From positions 62,488,862 through 62,552,861 of the forward strand of contig NC_057719.1 of assembly GCF_004010195.1 (NCBI RefSeq): a DNA stretch of 64,000 bases. Reading direction: 5' to 3'. How positions within the stretch are numbered: the stretch's first letter is position 1; each line of letters opens with the position of its first letter. Positions 13,620 to 26,367 of this stretch are shown here, piece by piece. A model generated the notes under the pieces. It searched no databases. It was given only the letters and a program-made list of their open reading frames with translations, and had not been told where the DNA came from. The stretch comes from Chiloscyllium plagiosum. Taxonomy: Eukaryota. The translations under genes were made by a program, and so were the position numbers.

Positions 13620-14905
13620 TTTAAGAGGGGAGAGAGAAAACCGAAATCCAGAACTGTTAGCCTAACATTAGTTGTCGGGAAAATGTTAGATTGTACAGTA
13701 AAGGATGTCATACCAAGACACTTTCAAAACAACGGTAGGGTTGTACAGAGTTACATAGATTTAGTACGTGAGAACATAGGAACTTGGAGCAGCACGAGGC
13801 CATCTGGCCCTTTGGGCCTCCTCCACCGTTCAGTAAGATCATGGCTGACCTTTTTGTGGACTCAGCTCCACTTACTCGTCCTCTCACTATAATCCCTGAA
13901 TTCCTTCATTGTTCAAAAAATATCGATCTTAGCTTTAAAAACATTTACTGAAGTAGCATCAACTACTTCACTAGGCAGGGGATTTACAGCCCTTTGGGTG
14001 AAGAAGTTCCTCCTCAACTCAATCCTAAATCTGCTCCCCCTAATCTTGAGGCTATGCCCTCTCGTCCTACTTTCACCTGCCAGTGGAAACATCCTCCCTA
14101 ATGTCTATTTTATCTATTCCCTTCATTGTTTTATGTATTTCTGTAAGATCTCCCCCCATTCTTCTAAATTCCATGAATATAATCCCAGTTTACTTAGTCT
14201 GTCCTCATAAACCAACCCCCCCCCCCCCCTCAAATCCAGAATCAACCCAGTGAACCTCCTTTTGCACCCTCTCCAGTGGCATCGTTTCTCAAGTAAGGAG
14301 ACCAAAACTGCACGCAGTACTCCATGTGTGGCCTCACCAGCACGCTGTATAGCTGCAACATAAACTCCCTGCTTTTAAACTCAATACCTTTAGCAATGAA
14401 GGCAAAGTTCCATTTGCCTTCCTAATTACTTGTTGTACCTGTATACCAACCTTCTGTGATTCATGTACAAGGACACCCGAGTCCCTTTCCATAGCAGCAT
14501 GCTGCACCTTTTTACCATTCGAATAGTAGTCCTTTTTAGTGTTACTGCTACCAAACTGGAAAGGGAAATCATGTTTGACAAACCTATTTGAGAGGTTTAA
14601 GGCTTTAACTGGCAGAATAGATGAGGGGGAACTGGTGGATGACGTCTATTTAAATTTTCAGACAAAAAGCTTTTGATAAGGTCCCACACAAGAGGTTGGT
14701 AGGCAAATTTAGAGCACATGAGATCCGGGGTAATATACCAGCGTGGATTGAGAACTGGCTAACAGAAAACAAAGAGTAGTAGCAAAATGAGTCTGTTTCA
14801 GGTTAGCAGGTTGTGATGTCCCACTAGTTACGAGAGTCAGAAGATTTGAGTATGGAGATTGAATGTAATATCTCTAAGTTTGCAGATGACAAAAAAACAG
14901 GTGAA
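13620..14905 (+). mobile_element. Old plus-strand CR1 RT, split by a minus-strand CR1 and continuing after 17675
   Basis: FKRGERKPKSRTVSLTLVVGKML (13620-13765) continues as KGKSCLTNL..D..KAFDKVPH..SKFADD (14558-14900). It resumes as EWA...EKCGIIHF at ~17680-17760. Confidence 0.75.
13770..14557 (-). mobile_element. CR1 LINE 3' portion
   Basis: Reverse CR1 RT C-terminus (RRFTGLI..YEDRLSKLGLYS) and 3' UTR ending in gttcctatgttctc. Confidence 0.85.
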
Positions 14906-14939
14906 TGTTGGGAGTTATGACGATGATACAAAGACAATT

Positions 14940-17675
14940 GAAGAGAATTTCGAGGGGAGTTTATCTACTGAGTCATTTTCGGGTGGAAATCAGAAACAGG
15001 AAAGTGGTGATAACTTTATTAGGGGTTTTCTATAGACCCCCAATAGCAACAGAGACACGGAGGAGCAGATTGGGAGTCAGATTTTGGAAATGTGCAGAAG
15101 TAACAGGGTTGTTGTCATGGATGACTTCAACTTCCCTAATATTAATTGGAAACTTCTTAGTGCAAAGAGGTTGGGAGACAATTTAGAGCATGTGATATCA
15201 GGGGTAATATACCAGTGTGGATTGGATGGAGTTGATTTTGTCAAATGTGTCCAGGAAGGATTCCTGACTCAATATCTAAATAAGTCAACTAGAGGGGAGG
15301 CCATATTGGATTAGGTGCTTGGCAGTGAACCAGACCAGGTGTCAGATCTCTTGGTGGGAGAGCATTTCGGTGATAATAATCACAACTCGCTGATCTTCCT
15401 CTCATCATGGATAGGGATAGGAGCAGATGGTATGGGAAATTATTTAAATGGGGGAGGGGGAATTGCAATGCAATTAGGCAGGAATTATGGAGCATAATTT
15501 AGGAGCATATTTTTTCGGGGAAATGCACAACAGAAATAATTGTTTCGGGAACACTTGCTATGTGTGCTGAATAGGTTTGTCTTACTGAGGCAAGGAAGGG
15601 GTGGGAGGCTGAAGGAACCTTGAGTGACAAGAGATGTGGAACATCTAGTCAAGAGGAAGGAGGAACTTAAGTTTGACGAAGTAAGGATCTGACAAGGCTC
15701 TAGAGGGTTACAAGAAAGACATAAAGGAACTGAAGAATGGACATAGAGCTAGAAGGGGGCATGAAAAAAAGCCTTGGCTGGAAGAATTAAGGAAAAATCC
15801 CAGACGTTCTACACTTATGTGAGGAACAGGAGGATGGCAAGAGTGAGGGTAGGGCTGAAAATGTGTTGCTGGAAAAGCGCAGCAGGTCAGGCAGCATCCA
15901 GGGAACAGGAGAATCGACGTTTCGGGCATAAGTCCTTCTCGGGGATAGTGGAGGGAATTTGTGCCTAGAGTCTGAGAAGGTAGGGGAGGTATTTAATGAA
16001 TACTTTAATTCAGTATTCACTTGTGAGAGGGACCCTGTTATTTGTGGAGGGCATTGTGAAACAGGCTAATATGCTTGAACAGGTTGATGTTAAGAAGGAG
16101 GATGTGCTGAAAATATTAAAAAACATGAGGATAGGTAAGTCCCCTGGGCCAGACGGGATATACGCAAGGTTTCTACGGGATGTGAGGGAAGAGATTGCTG
16201 CACCTTTGGCGATGATCTTTGTGCCCTCATTCTCCATTGGAGTAGCAGCAGATGATTGGAGGGTGGCAAATGTTATTCCCTTGTTCAAGAACGGGAATAG
16301 GGATAATCCTGGGAATTATAGATCAGTCTTACATTGTTGGTGGGCACATTATTAGAGAGGATTCTGAGGGACAGGATTTATGATTATTTGGACAACCACA
16401 GTTTAATTAGAGATAGTCAGCACAGCTTTGTGAGAGGCGGGACATGCCTCACAAGCTTTTATTGACTTCTTTGAGGATGTGACAAAACACATTGAAGGTA
16501 GAACAGTAGATGAAGTACATATGGATTTTGGCAAGGTGTTTGATAAAGTTTCCCATTGTAGGCTTATTCAGAAAGTAAGGAGGCATGGGACACAGGGAAA
16601 TCTGGCTGTCTGGATACAGAATTGGCTGGCCCATTTACTACCAGGGTAGGAGTAGATGGAAAGTATTCAGCCTGGAGCTCGGTGACCAGTGGTGTTCTGC
16701 AGGGAACTGTTCTGGGATCTCAGCTCTTTGTGATTTTTTTATAAATGACTTGGAAAAGGATGCAGAAGGGTCTGTTAATATGTTTGCCAATGACACAAAG
16801 GTTGGTGGAGTTGTGGATAGTGTGGACACCTGTTGTAGATGTAACGGGGCATTGACAGGATGCACAGCTGGGCTGAGAAGTGGCAGATGGAGTTCAGCCC
16901 GGAAAAGTGTGAAGTGATTCACTTTGAAAGGTTGAATTTGAATGCAGATTACACGGTTAAAGGCAGATTTGTTGGCAGTGTGGAGGAACAGAGGGATCAT
17001 GGCATCCACGTCCATAGATCCCTCAAAGTTGCCACCCAAGTTGATAGCGTTGTTATAAGGCATATGGTGTGTTGGCTTTCATTAGCAATGGGATTGAGTT
17101 TAAGAGCTGTGTGGTTATGCTGCAGCTCTCGAAAGCCCTGGTTAGATCACATTTGGAATATTGTGTTCAGTTCTGGTCGCCTCATAATAGGAAGGATGTG
17201 GAAGCTTTAGAGAAGGTGTCGAGGAGATTGACCAGAATGTGGCCTGGACTGGAGGGCATGTCTTATGAAGAAAGATTGATGGAGCTAGGACTTTTCTCAT
17301 TGGAGCGAAGAAGGATGAGAGGTGACTTGATAGTGGTGTACATGATGATGAGAAGCATAGATAGATTGGATAGCTAGAGACTTTGTCCCATGGCGGAAAT
17401 GGCTGTCATGAGGAGGCATAATTTTAAGGTGATTGGAGAAAGGTTTGGGGGAGCTGTCAGAGGTAGGTTCTTTACACAGAGAGTGGTGGGTGTGTGGAAT
17501 GCACTGCCAGCAGTGGTAGTACAGTCAGATACATTGGGAACATTTAATTGACTTTTGGATAGGCACATTCAGGGTGGGTAGGTTAGTTTGATCTTTGAAT
17601 GGGATAAAAGGTCCACACATTGTCGAGGGGCGAAAGGCCTGTACTATGCTGTATGGTTGTATGTTCCATGTTCTA
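14940..17675 (+). mobile_element. 5'-truncated CR1 (HER1-like) LINE ORF2 with frameshifts
   Basis: APE motifs GVFYRPP, VVMDDFNFP and GEAILD; RT motifs KSPGPDGI, WRVANVIPLFK, NYRSV, FINDL..FANDTK, LEYCVQFWSP; (tatgttc)-type 3' tail. Confidence 0.93.
15854..15938 (-). mobile_element. 85 bp PLE pLTR fragment with truncated hammerhead, inserted in the CR1
   Basis: Near-identical to the reverse complement of 18954-19038. Retains GCCC-GAAAC-GUC but lacks the CUGA box. Confidence 0.85.
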
Positions 17676-18322
17676 AACTGGAGAAGCTAATTGAGTGGGC
17701 AGTAGTTTCCCAGGTGGAGAAATGTGGGATTATCCACTTTGTTCGGAGAAACAAAAATAAAAATAATAATTTTGATAAGGGACTTGAGAGTCCTTGCATA
17801 TGAGTTATTGAAAATTATTATGCAGGCAATACAGACAACTTGGGAGGCAAATGCTTTTTTAAAAATCATCCTGTAAAGAAGGACCTCCAAAGTGCTGGTA
17901 GGAATCAGGTATTTTAACCCAGTTACATTGAAGGAACAGGCACGTCGTTTCCAAGCTGGGACGGTTTGTGGCTTGGGCAGGATCTTGTTTCCCTTATCCT
18001 CCTTGGTAGTAGGGGGCATGGATTTGATAGGTGCTGCAAACATGGAAGGTAGCAAACATTGCCCACTATTTAAGAATGGAGCAAGAGAGAAATACAAAGG
18101 ATGGAATAAAGATATGGGCTTTGTTGGCAAGAATGGTATTTATTGCTCATTCCAAATTTCCTGTGAGAACATGATAGTGGGCTGCCACCTGAACTATTGA
18201 ACTCCATTTAGTGCAGGGAACACCCACAGTGCTGTTCAAGAAGGATGCGAATACTTCAGGAAAATAGGGCTCAAGTGGAAGGTTGGCTGTGATTTTATTG
18301 GATGGCAGAGTAGACTCAATGG

Positions 18323-19035
18323 ACCTTCCCCTGCAACCGCAGGAGGTGCAAGACTTGCGCCCACACCTCCCCCCTCACCTCCCTCCAAGGCCCCAAAGGA
18401 AACTTCCATATCCGCCACAGATTCACCTGCACCTCCACACATATCATCTATTGCATCCTCTGCACCCGATGTGGCCTCCTCTATATTGGGGAGACAGGCC
18501 GGCTACTTGCGGAGCGTTTCAGAGAACACCTCTGGGACACTCGGACCAACCAACCCAAACACCCTGTAGCTCAACATTGCAATTCCCCCTTCCACTCCAC
18601 CAAGGATATGCAGGTCTTTGGACTCCTCCATCGTCAGACCGCAACAAAACGACGGTTGGAGGAAGAACGCCTCATCTTCCGGCTAGGAACCCTCCAACCA
18701 CAAGGGATGAACTCGGATTTCACCAGTTTCCTCATTTCCCCTCCCCCCACTCTGTCTCAGTCAAATCCATCAAATTCAGCACCGCCTTCCTAACCTGAGA
18801 TCTTCTTCCCGACCTCTCCACCCCCCACCCCAGTCTGACCTATCACCCTCACCTTGACCTCTTTCCACCTATCACATTTCCGACGCCCCTCCCCCAAGTC
18901 CCTCCTCCCTACCTTTTATCTTAGCCTGCTGGACAAACTTTCCTCATTCCTGAAGAAGGGCTTATGCCCGAAACGTCGATTCTCCTGTTCCCTGGATGCT
19001 GCCTGACCTGCTGCGCTTTTCCAGCAACACATTTC
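18323..19035 (+). mobile_element. Penelope-like element 3' part (GIY-YIG endonuclease plus pLTR)
   Basis: IIYCILCTRCGLLYIGETGRLLAERFREH...RRLEEERLIFRLGTLQPQGMN. Perfect 17 bp flanking duplication cagagtagactcaatgg at 18306-18322 and 19036-19052. Confidence 0.92.
18950..18977 (+). ncRNA. Minimal hammerhead ribozyme motif
   Basis: CUGAAGA-A-GGGC-UUAU-GCCC-GAAAC-GUC. Confidence 0.8.
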
Positions 19036-19084
19036 CAGAGTAGACTCAATGGCCTACTCCCACTCCTATTTTGTCTGTTCGTAT

Positions 19085-19548
19085 GCCTTGATGTGTGCAG
19101 CTCCAACATCACTTCAGAAACTTGCACATAATCCAGAACAAAGACAATTTGATTAATGCCCCTCTCACCAGCTTCAATGTTCACTCACTCCACCACCATC
19201 ACCACTCTGTGGATGCTTACGCACCATTTGCAAGGTGCATTGTAGCACCTTCAACAGCAGCTTCCAAACCTGTGCCCCCACCACCTCAGGACAAGTGAAG
19301 CAGATCTATGGGGGCACCACAAAGTGCAAGAGTTCCTCCAAGACACAAATCTGTATCCCTTCAATGTCACTAGGTTAAAATCCTTTAATTACCTATTCGT
19401 AACATGCACTTTGAGTAGCCTACACCTTGTGGACTGTAGCTGTTCAAGAAGTCAGCTCACCACCTCTGCCTTGAAGGTAGTAAGAGATTGCTGATAAAAG
19501 CTGGCCCAACCAGCAAAGCTCAAAAACCCATGAAAGAATTTAAAAAAG
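19085..19548 (+). mobile_element. Non-LTR (CR1/L2-group) LINE 3' end
   Basis: LHIIQNK..LI..HSLHH-like RT C-terminus followed by a UTR and an A-rich end. Confidence 0.55.
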
Positions 19549-19689
19549 AAATTCGTTGATCCTGATCATTTTTATTTTCAGGTATTTTTCAATTTGTTCA
19601 AAACTTCTCTAGCTTTCAAGGTGTAGTCATAAGGCATGGAGATGAAGCAACATGTTTTTACATCTAATTAGAATTGTCTGAGATGACAC

Positions 19690-20960
19690 AGTCACACAGA
19701 AGTCCAACAGAATCATGCATCAGTGTTTACGCTCCATGCAAATCTCCTCCCACCTTTCTTCATCAAAACCCATGAACATATCCTCCATTATTTGCTTGTT
19801 TGCGTGCTTCCCTTGCTTTTCCTTAAATGTGTCTATGTTAATTGTTTCAGCTACTCCCCAAGGTAGAAATTCCACATTCAAAATTCCCTCTGGATGAAAT
19901 TAGTTACTCCTGAATTTGTTATTGTATTTATAGACTATCATTTTTGTTTTGCTTTTAGCTTTGGTACTCCGCAAGTGGAAATGTTTTCTCAACATTTGCC
20001 TTTTAAATCCTTTCATACTCCTCAAGATCTCTAATAAGAAACATGGCCCATCACTCCAGCCTTACACTTGCCAGAGGAAACGTTCCCAGTCTATTTACCT
20101 TTCCTTGATAGGGATATGCCCTTGGTTCTGATATTGTTCTGGTAAATCTTTTTGCACAATCTTTAGTGTCTCCATATCATTTTCTATACCATAAAGACCA
20201 AAACTGTTTCCAGGACTCCAAAGAGTTGTAAAATCAAGGATTTATACAAATTTAGTGTAAATTTTCTGCTTTTTAATCTACCTCCCTAAAAATGAATCCC
20301 TATGTTTTGTGCTTTATTTTATATTGGTCCTTACATTGGTCTCAGGCAACCATATATGCTCCCACGCCCCCCCACCACCCCAAAAAAAGTTGAGTCCTTT
20401 CTTTTCAAAGCAATATCTGATATTTTTTCTATCAAAATACCCTGTTTATATTTGGCAATGTTGAAGCATTATTGCCAAGTACATACCCATTCTGTAAGTT
20501 TATTAATGTTGTCCTATGTTTTATTACACTTTCCTTGAGTATTATCTACAATCCCAATTTGGTGTCATTCACAAATTTTGAAATTGTACCTCCAATCCCA
20601 TTCTGATGGTAATAGTGGACACATGAACATAAAACAATCAGGAGCAAGAGTTAGCCATTTAACCCTTTGAGTCTGTCTAAACATTTATTGCAATCACCGG
20701 CTGCTCCTTCACCTTCTGCACTATCCCCATGTCCCTTATTTTCATTGAATCCAAAATTGTGTAATTGCAATGTTGATCACTTTCACTCTTCTGTTTTGCT
20801 GTCAATTATGTTACTTGCCCCTTGACTCCATATGCTCTGATATTAGTCTTGAATCAACTGTGTGGAAACTTATCCAAGTTCATTTGGAATTGAAGTATTG
20901 TCACCAAATGATGCTTATCTTTCCTTTCAAAGAATTCAAAAGGTTGGTCAAGCATGAACT
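19690..20960 (-). mobile_element. Very old CR1 fragments
   Basis: Reverse CR1 3' UTR and RT-like segments (aaagaccaaaactg..caggactcca, tggtgtcattcacaaatt). Confidence 0.5.
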
Positions 20961-21169
20961 CTTGAAATTTTGAAATATGTACTCATTATTGTATTTTCAA
21001 TAGCTAGATGATTTTCTATTATATGCATGAGTAATGATTCTATCATGTCTTGTATTGCAAGCATTAATTTGGTCTGTAGTTTTTCAAATTGGTCAACTGG
21101 TCACAGTGTTCTGATTAATCCCATCACCAACTTAACCTGTAGGAATCACTTTTGATGCACAGAAGACTT

Positions 21170-22472
21170 GCAAACATTTCGTCCCCTGTCTAGGTGACAT
21201 CCTCAGTGCTTGGGAGCCTCCTGTGAAGCGCTTCTGTGGTGTTTCCTCCGGCATTTATAGTGGCCTGTCTCTGCCGCTTCCGGTTGTCAGTTCCAGCTGT
21301 CCGCTGTAGTGGCTGGTATATTGAGTCCAGGTCGATGTGTTTGTTGATGGAGTTTGTGGATGAGTGCCATGCTTCTAGGAATTCCCTGGCTGTTCTTTGT
21401 TTGGCTTGCCCTATAATGGTAGTGTTGTCCCAGTCGAATTCATGTTGCTTGTCGTCTGCGTGTGTGGCTACTAGGGATAGCTGGTCGTGTCGTTTTGTGG
21501 CTCGTTGATGTTCGTGAATGCCGATCGTTAGCTGTTTTCCTGTTTGTCCTATATAGTGTTTTGTGCAGTCCTTGCATAGGATTTTGTACACTACATTAGT
21601 TTTGCTCATGCTGGGTATCGGGTCCTTCGTTCAGGTGAGTTGTTGTCTGAGTGTGGACCCAATATACCGGCCACTACAGCCGACAGCTGAAACTGACAAC
21701 CGAAAGCGGCAGGGACAGNNNNNNNNNNNNNNNNNNNNNNNNNNNNNNNNNNNNNNNNNNNNNNNNNNNNNNNNNNNNNNNNNNNNNNNNNNNNNNNNNN
21801 NNNNNNNNNNNNNNNNNNNNNNNNNNNNNNNNNNNNNNNNNNNNNNNNNNNNNNNNNNNNNNNNNNNNNNNNNNNNNNNNNNNNNNNNNNNNNNNNNNNN
21901 NNNNNNNNNNNNNNNNNNNNNNNNNNNNNNNNNNNNNNNNNNNNNNNNNNNNNNNNNNNNNNNNNNNNNNNNNNNNNNNNNNNNNNNNNNNNNNNNNNNN
22001 NNNNNNNNNNNNNNNNNNNNNNNNNNNNNNNNNNNNNNNNNNNNNNNNNNNNNNNNNNNGGATTTTGTACACTACATTGGTTTTGCTCATGCTGAGTATC
22101 GGTTCCTTCGTTCTGGTGAGTTGTTGTCTGAGTGTGGCTGTTGTTTTGTGTGCTGTTATAAGTCCTAGTGGTCGCAGCCAGGGAATTCCTAGAAGCATGG
22201 CACTCATCCACAAACTCCATCAACAAACACATCGACCTGGACCCAATATACCGGCCACTACAGCGGACAGCTGAAACTGACAACCGGAAGTGGCAGGGAC
22301 AGGCCACTATAAATGCCGGAGGAAACACCACAGAAGCGCTTCACAGGAGGCTCCCAAGCACTGAGGATGTCACCTAGACAGGGGACGAAACATTTGCAAC
22401 AAAAACTTCCAGCTCGGTGAACAGAACCACAGCAACGAGCACCCGAGCTACAAATCTTCTCCCAAACTTTGA
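21170..22472. mobile_element. Penelope-like fold-back insertion spanning the assembly gap
   Basis: Minus ORF NVVYKILCKDCTKHYIGQTG..HEH (GIY-YIG); inverted pLTR at 22174-22472. 11 bp duplication acagaagactt at 21159-21169 and 22473-22483. Hammerhead motifs at 21173-21206 (-) and 22361-22394 (+). Confidence 0.9.
21719..22059. other. Assembly gap (341 N)
   Basis: Run of n. Confidence 1.
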
Positions 22473-23718
22473 ACAGAAGACTTCTGGAATCATTTCCTTT
22501 TCTAACGTTTTTAATGTATGTCTTCAGACTTCTGTTATTTCTTACCTAATCTCTCTTAATATACCTGAATGCAGTTGTTCTGAACCAGACATTTTGTTTT
22601 ATCTTTGATTGCATTTCTGTTTTTATTTTTTTGATCTACTCTGCTAATTTCACCACCAGCATTTCCATGGTTAATACCAATGTTTAATATGGTCTTTATG
22701 ATGAGAAATTAAACCCCAAAAGAGTGACTGCCTTTGGTTGCATTGGTTGCAAAGCATTTTGGGATGTCTTAAGGTTGTCGAAGGAAGTGTTGCATATTGT
22801 ACTTTAGTACTATTCACTCGCTCTTTTCCCATTTGTAAGTGTGTGACAATTTTAAAAAAAAATCTAAATTTAAGTAAATTTCAATGTTCTATTTTCTAAA
22901 AACCAGGAGAATTGCATGATAAAAGGTAGAAATGAAGTTGGCTGTCAGACTTCACAAGAACTAGGAGTTTAAGACAAAAGGACCACAAATGTATGAAGTA
23001 CAAAAGGTTCAACAATCTCATCAAGGGAAATGGCTTAATACACAAACTGTTAAGGCATTTTATCCTGTATCTGACAAGTATGATATTGAATGCAATTGTT
23101 TGTGGTTACAATGCGATTTTATAAATCTAATTTTGTCATGAGATTCCACTGATGAACACTGCTTTAAGAAAATAAAATGCTTGCTTATGCTTTTGTTTAA
23201 TTTCTCTGACAAGTAGTTCAGTAATTTTTCCTGTTAAAAATGACAGTCATTCTAGTTTTTTTTTGTTTTAGATAAAAAGCATCCTTGCTAAAGAAATACG
23301 GCTTTAATTTAAGAAATAGTTTTTTTTTAAAAAAGCATCATTTCTGGTGTTCTGTCATATCTTTACAATCTGCACTTCCATTTCATGAGGTAATTTGCCT
23401 ATTGTTACTGCAGGGATAATTCGAAGTTCTGCAAATCAATTTTTATTCTTTGGTAAATTCCCTGAATGCAAAGAAAAAAATGCATGTCATGACCAATTGT
23501 AAATGAGGTTTTATTAGGTATTCCGTATCTGAGGAAAATAGCTTTTCTGTAATACATCTCTTTTATAACTGATGTGTATTTTAGATTACAGGAGTAATAC
23601 GTGACCAAGCTGTTTCTGAAATGTGAGGAAATGGGCAGCCAGTGCAGCTTTGGTAGTTTACCTTAATCAGTATTTTTAAGAGTGATAAACACTGTCTCAG
23701 CCTAAGCTTTAAAGGATT

Positions 23719-24275
23719 ATAGAGATAGAGTCATAGAGTTATACAGCATGGAAACAACCCCTTTGGTCCAATTTGTCCATGCTGACCAGATACCTTAAAT
23801 TAATGTAGTCCCATTTGGCCCATATACCTTTAAACCCTTCGTATTCATGTACCCATCCAGATGCATTATAAATATTGTAATTGTACCAGCCTCCACCACT
23901 TCCTCTGGCAGTTCATTTCATACATGCACCACCCTCTGAATTTAAAAGGTTACCCCTTAGGTCCCTTTTATATCTTTCCCCTCTCACCCTAAACCTATGC
24001 CCTCCAGCTCTGGACTCTTCCAACCCAGGGAAAGACTTTATCTATTTACCCTCTCCATGCCCCTCATGATTTTATAAACCTCTACAAGGTCACCACTCAG
24101 CCTTCAACACTACAGGGAAAACAGACCCAGCCTGTTCAGCCTCTCCCTATAGCTCAAATCCTCCAACCCTGGCAACATCCTTGTCAATCTTTTCTGAACC
24201 CTTTCAAGTTTCAAACCATCCTTCCCATAGAAGGGAGACCAGAATTGCAAACAATATTCCAAAAGTGGCCTAACC
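23719..24275 (-). mobile_element. CR1/HER1 LINE 3' end
   Basis: VRPLLEYCLQFWSPFYGKD..LERVQKRLTRMLPGLEDLSYRERLNRLGLFSL and a (ctctatga)-type tail. Confidence 0.9.
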
Positions 24276-25196
24276 GATGGTTGTATAAGTTTTTGCACTT
24301 GCTTGTGCTTCTGACAACTCTGTTACAATACTGCTTCATGTGGACTTTTCAGTATCCTGATACTTGTCTGGATTTTGAAGAGTTAACGGACAAATTTCTG
24401 GTATGCAATCTTTTTGCATGTGGCCAGCCATCTGTTATTCTTCAGAGCATCCCAAAGGTCCTTTTTTTTTGTTGTTGCAGTTCTTCATCTTTTGGTTGGG
24501 CACTGGCATATTTAAATTATTTAAATTTGAATTAGGCAATGTAAATAAATGAGCAAAAGGGAATATGGTGCTTAAAATGAATAATCCAATGATACGAATT
24601 AAATTGCCTTAAGGAGTAGACTTAGTCTTGTCAGCTCTTTTTATTGGCTTTTGCAATTCTGGTCCACTAACTATCATAAATGACAGTCATATATACACAT
24701 TTGTCTAATGTATGTGATTCCCTTAGGTTGTACTTGTGTATCCCAGTAATAATTCTTCCTATTCTGGAAGGCAGGTATTCAAAGGTTTGCAAATTGAGTT
24801 ATTAGCAGCTTGTGGTTGGCTTCAGGAACATGCCAGTCACACATTAACTGAACTTTTGCAAGGCAAACATAATGTTTAATAACCCATTCTTACAATTTAT
24901 CTATCTGCTGTCTATGCTATCTTACCTCAGTCTATGCTTATGATATAACATCCATTGACCAGCATCATAACCATACTTTGGGGCTTTGTCCATGATGTCT
25001 CCGTTAAATGCCAGCTTAGTAACTTCAGATGTCTGGTGATGCTTATTAACTATCTTACTAGCTTCAAATGCGTTCCAGAGTTTATCATGTTCATGTTTGG
25101 ATTGACACTGAATTGTTTTGTAAAGTACTGAGAGATGTGAAGCAATACTACAGTAGAATAAACAATTTCTGTTTCTTATGAGGAATATTTAGGGAA

Positions 25197-25502
25197 TTAG
25201 ATTCCCTACAGTGTGGAAGTAGGTCATTTGTCCCCACCGACCCTCCGAAGATTAACCCACCCAGACCCATTACCGAACCCTATATTTACCATTGACTAAT
25301 GCATCTAACACTATGGGCAATTTAACATGGCCAATTCACATCTTTGGACTGTGGGAGGAAGCCGAAGTACCCAGAGGAAGCCCACGCAGACACGGGGAGA
25401 ATGTGCAAACTCCACACAGACAGTCACCTGAGGCAAGAATCGAACCTGGGTTCCTGGCACTCTGAGGCAGCAGTGCTAACCACTGAGTCACTGTGTCGCC
25501 CC
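25197..25502 (-). mobile_element. HE1/V-SINE
   Basis: Reverse tRNA head with GTTCGATTC B box, V-domain and CR1-like tail. Confidence 0.9.
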
Positions 25503-25668
25503 GTAACTTCAGGGTTTGTAACTTAATTCTTAATAAATATTGGATGGGAAAATGCAACCAGTTGAAACTCCAGAATATTAATTATCATATTTCTACTGTT
25601 CAACCTGTAGCCAGCAGAACAGATCTCTTGTCATGTATTCTGTTGTTTTCTTCTATAGTTTTCTTAAG

Positions 25669-25715
25669 TGGATGCTGCCTGACCTGCTGTGCTGTTCCAG
25701 CAATAAAGTTTCAAC
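25669..25715 (+). mobile_element. 47 bp PLE pLTR 3'-end micro-insertion
   Basis: ggatgctgcctgacctgctgtgctgttccagca matches ~18994-19026. Perfect 25 bp duplication at 25644-25668 and 25716-25740. Confidence 0.85.
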
Positions 25716-26367
25716 TGTTTTCTTCTATAGTTTTCTTAAGGCCACAAAGGAACTCTATTAAGAAATTTATGGCCGGACATGAGATTAAATTTTGAGGTAT
25801 ATATTAAATTTCAGCCATACAACATTATGAGGAAGCATGGAAACTAATAATTAATGAGGAGATGCAATGGATGGTTAGATTCCATGATGGATTAGCTCAC
25901 TGTTGGACTGAATATGATGGGTCCTCCTCAGATTTTCCTGCAGTGGGTTTCATTGCAAGTGACTGCTGTCCGTGATGGATGTGAAAAAACCCATTAATGA
26001 AATTAATTTAAATTGGCAGCTGATGAGAGTTCAGTTCCTTCAAATCCTCCATCATGAGCAAAGCTGCTAGTGTATCATTGATCAGCAGAAATTGCCTTGT
26101 CTGGCTCAACATCAGTTTTTTTTCTTTCATTCCTCTACACCATGCACTAACCCTGGTCACCACCTCAAAGGTAACTTACTCCAGTCAAGAGGTGTTGAAA
26201 TCAGGGAAGAATTAAGTGAAATGAAAATCCAGGAGATGCTCACGACCTTCGCAATAACCAACTCCAGGAAGCTGCCATTTGAAACAGTTTAATCAATAAA
26301 AGGCTGGTCCAACTCTTTCAAGATTCTACTGCACTTGTTTTAATTGGACTGAATATGAAACTTAATC

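Noticed and set aside
21563..22331. ORFs of 179-241 aa
   Set aside because: Artefacts of translating through the N gap.
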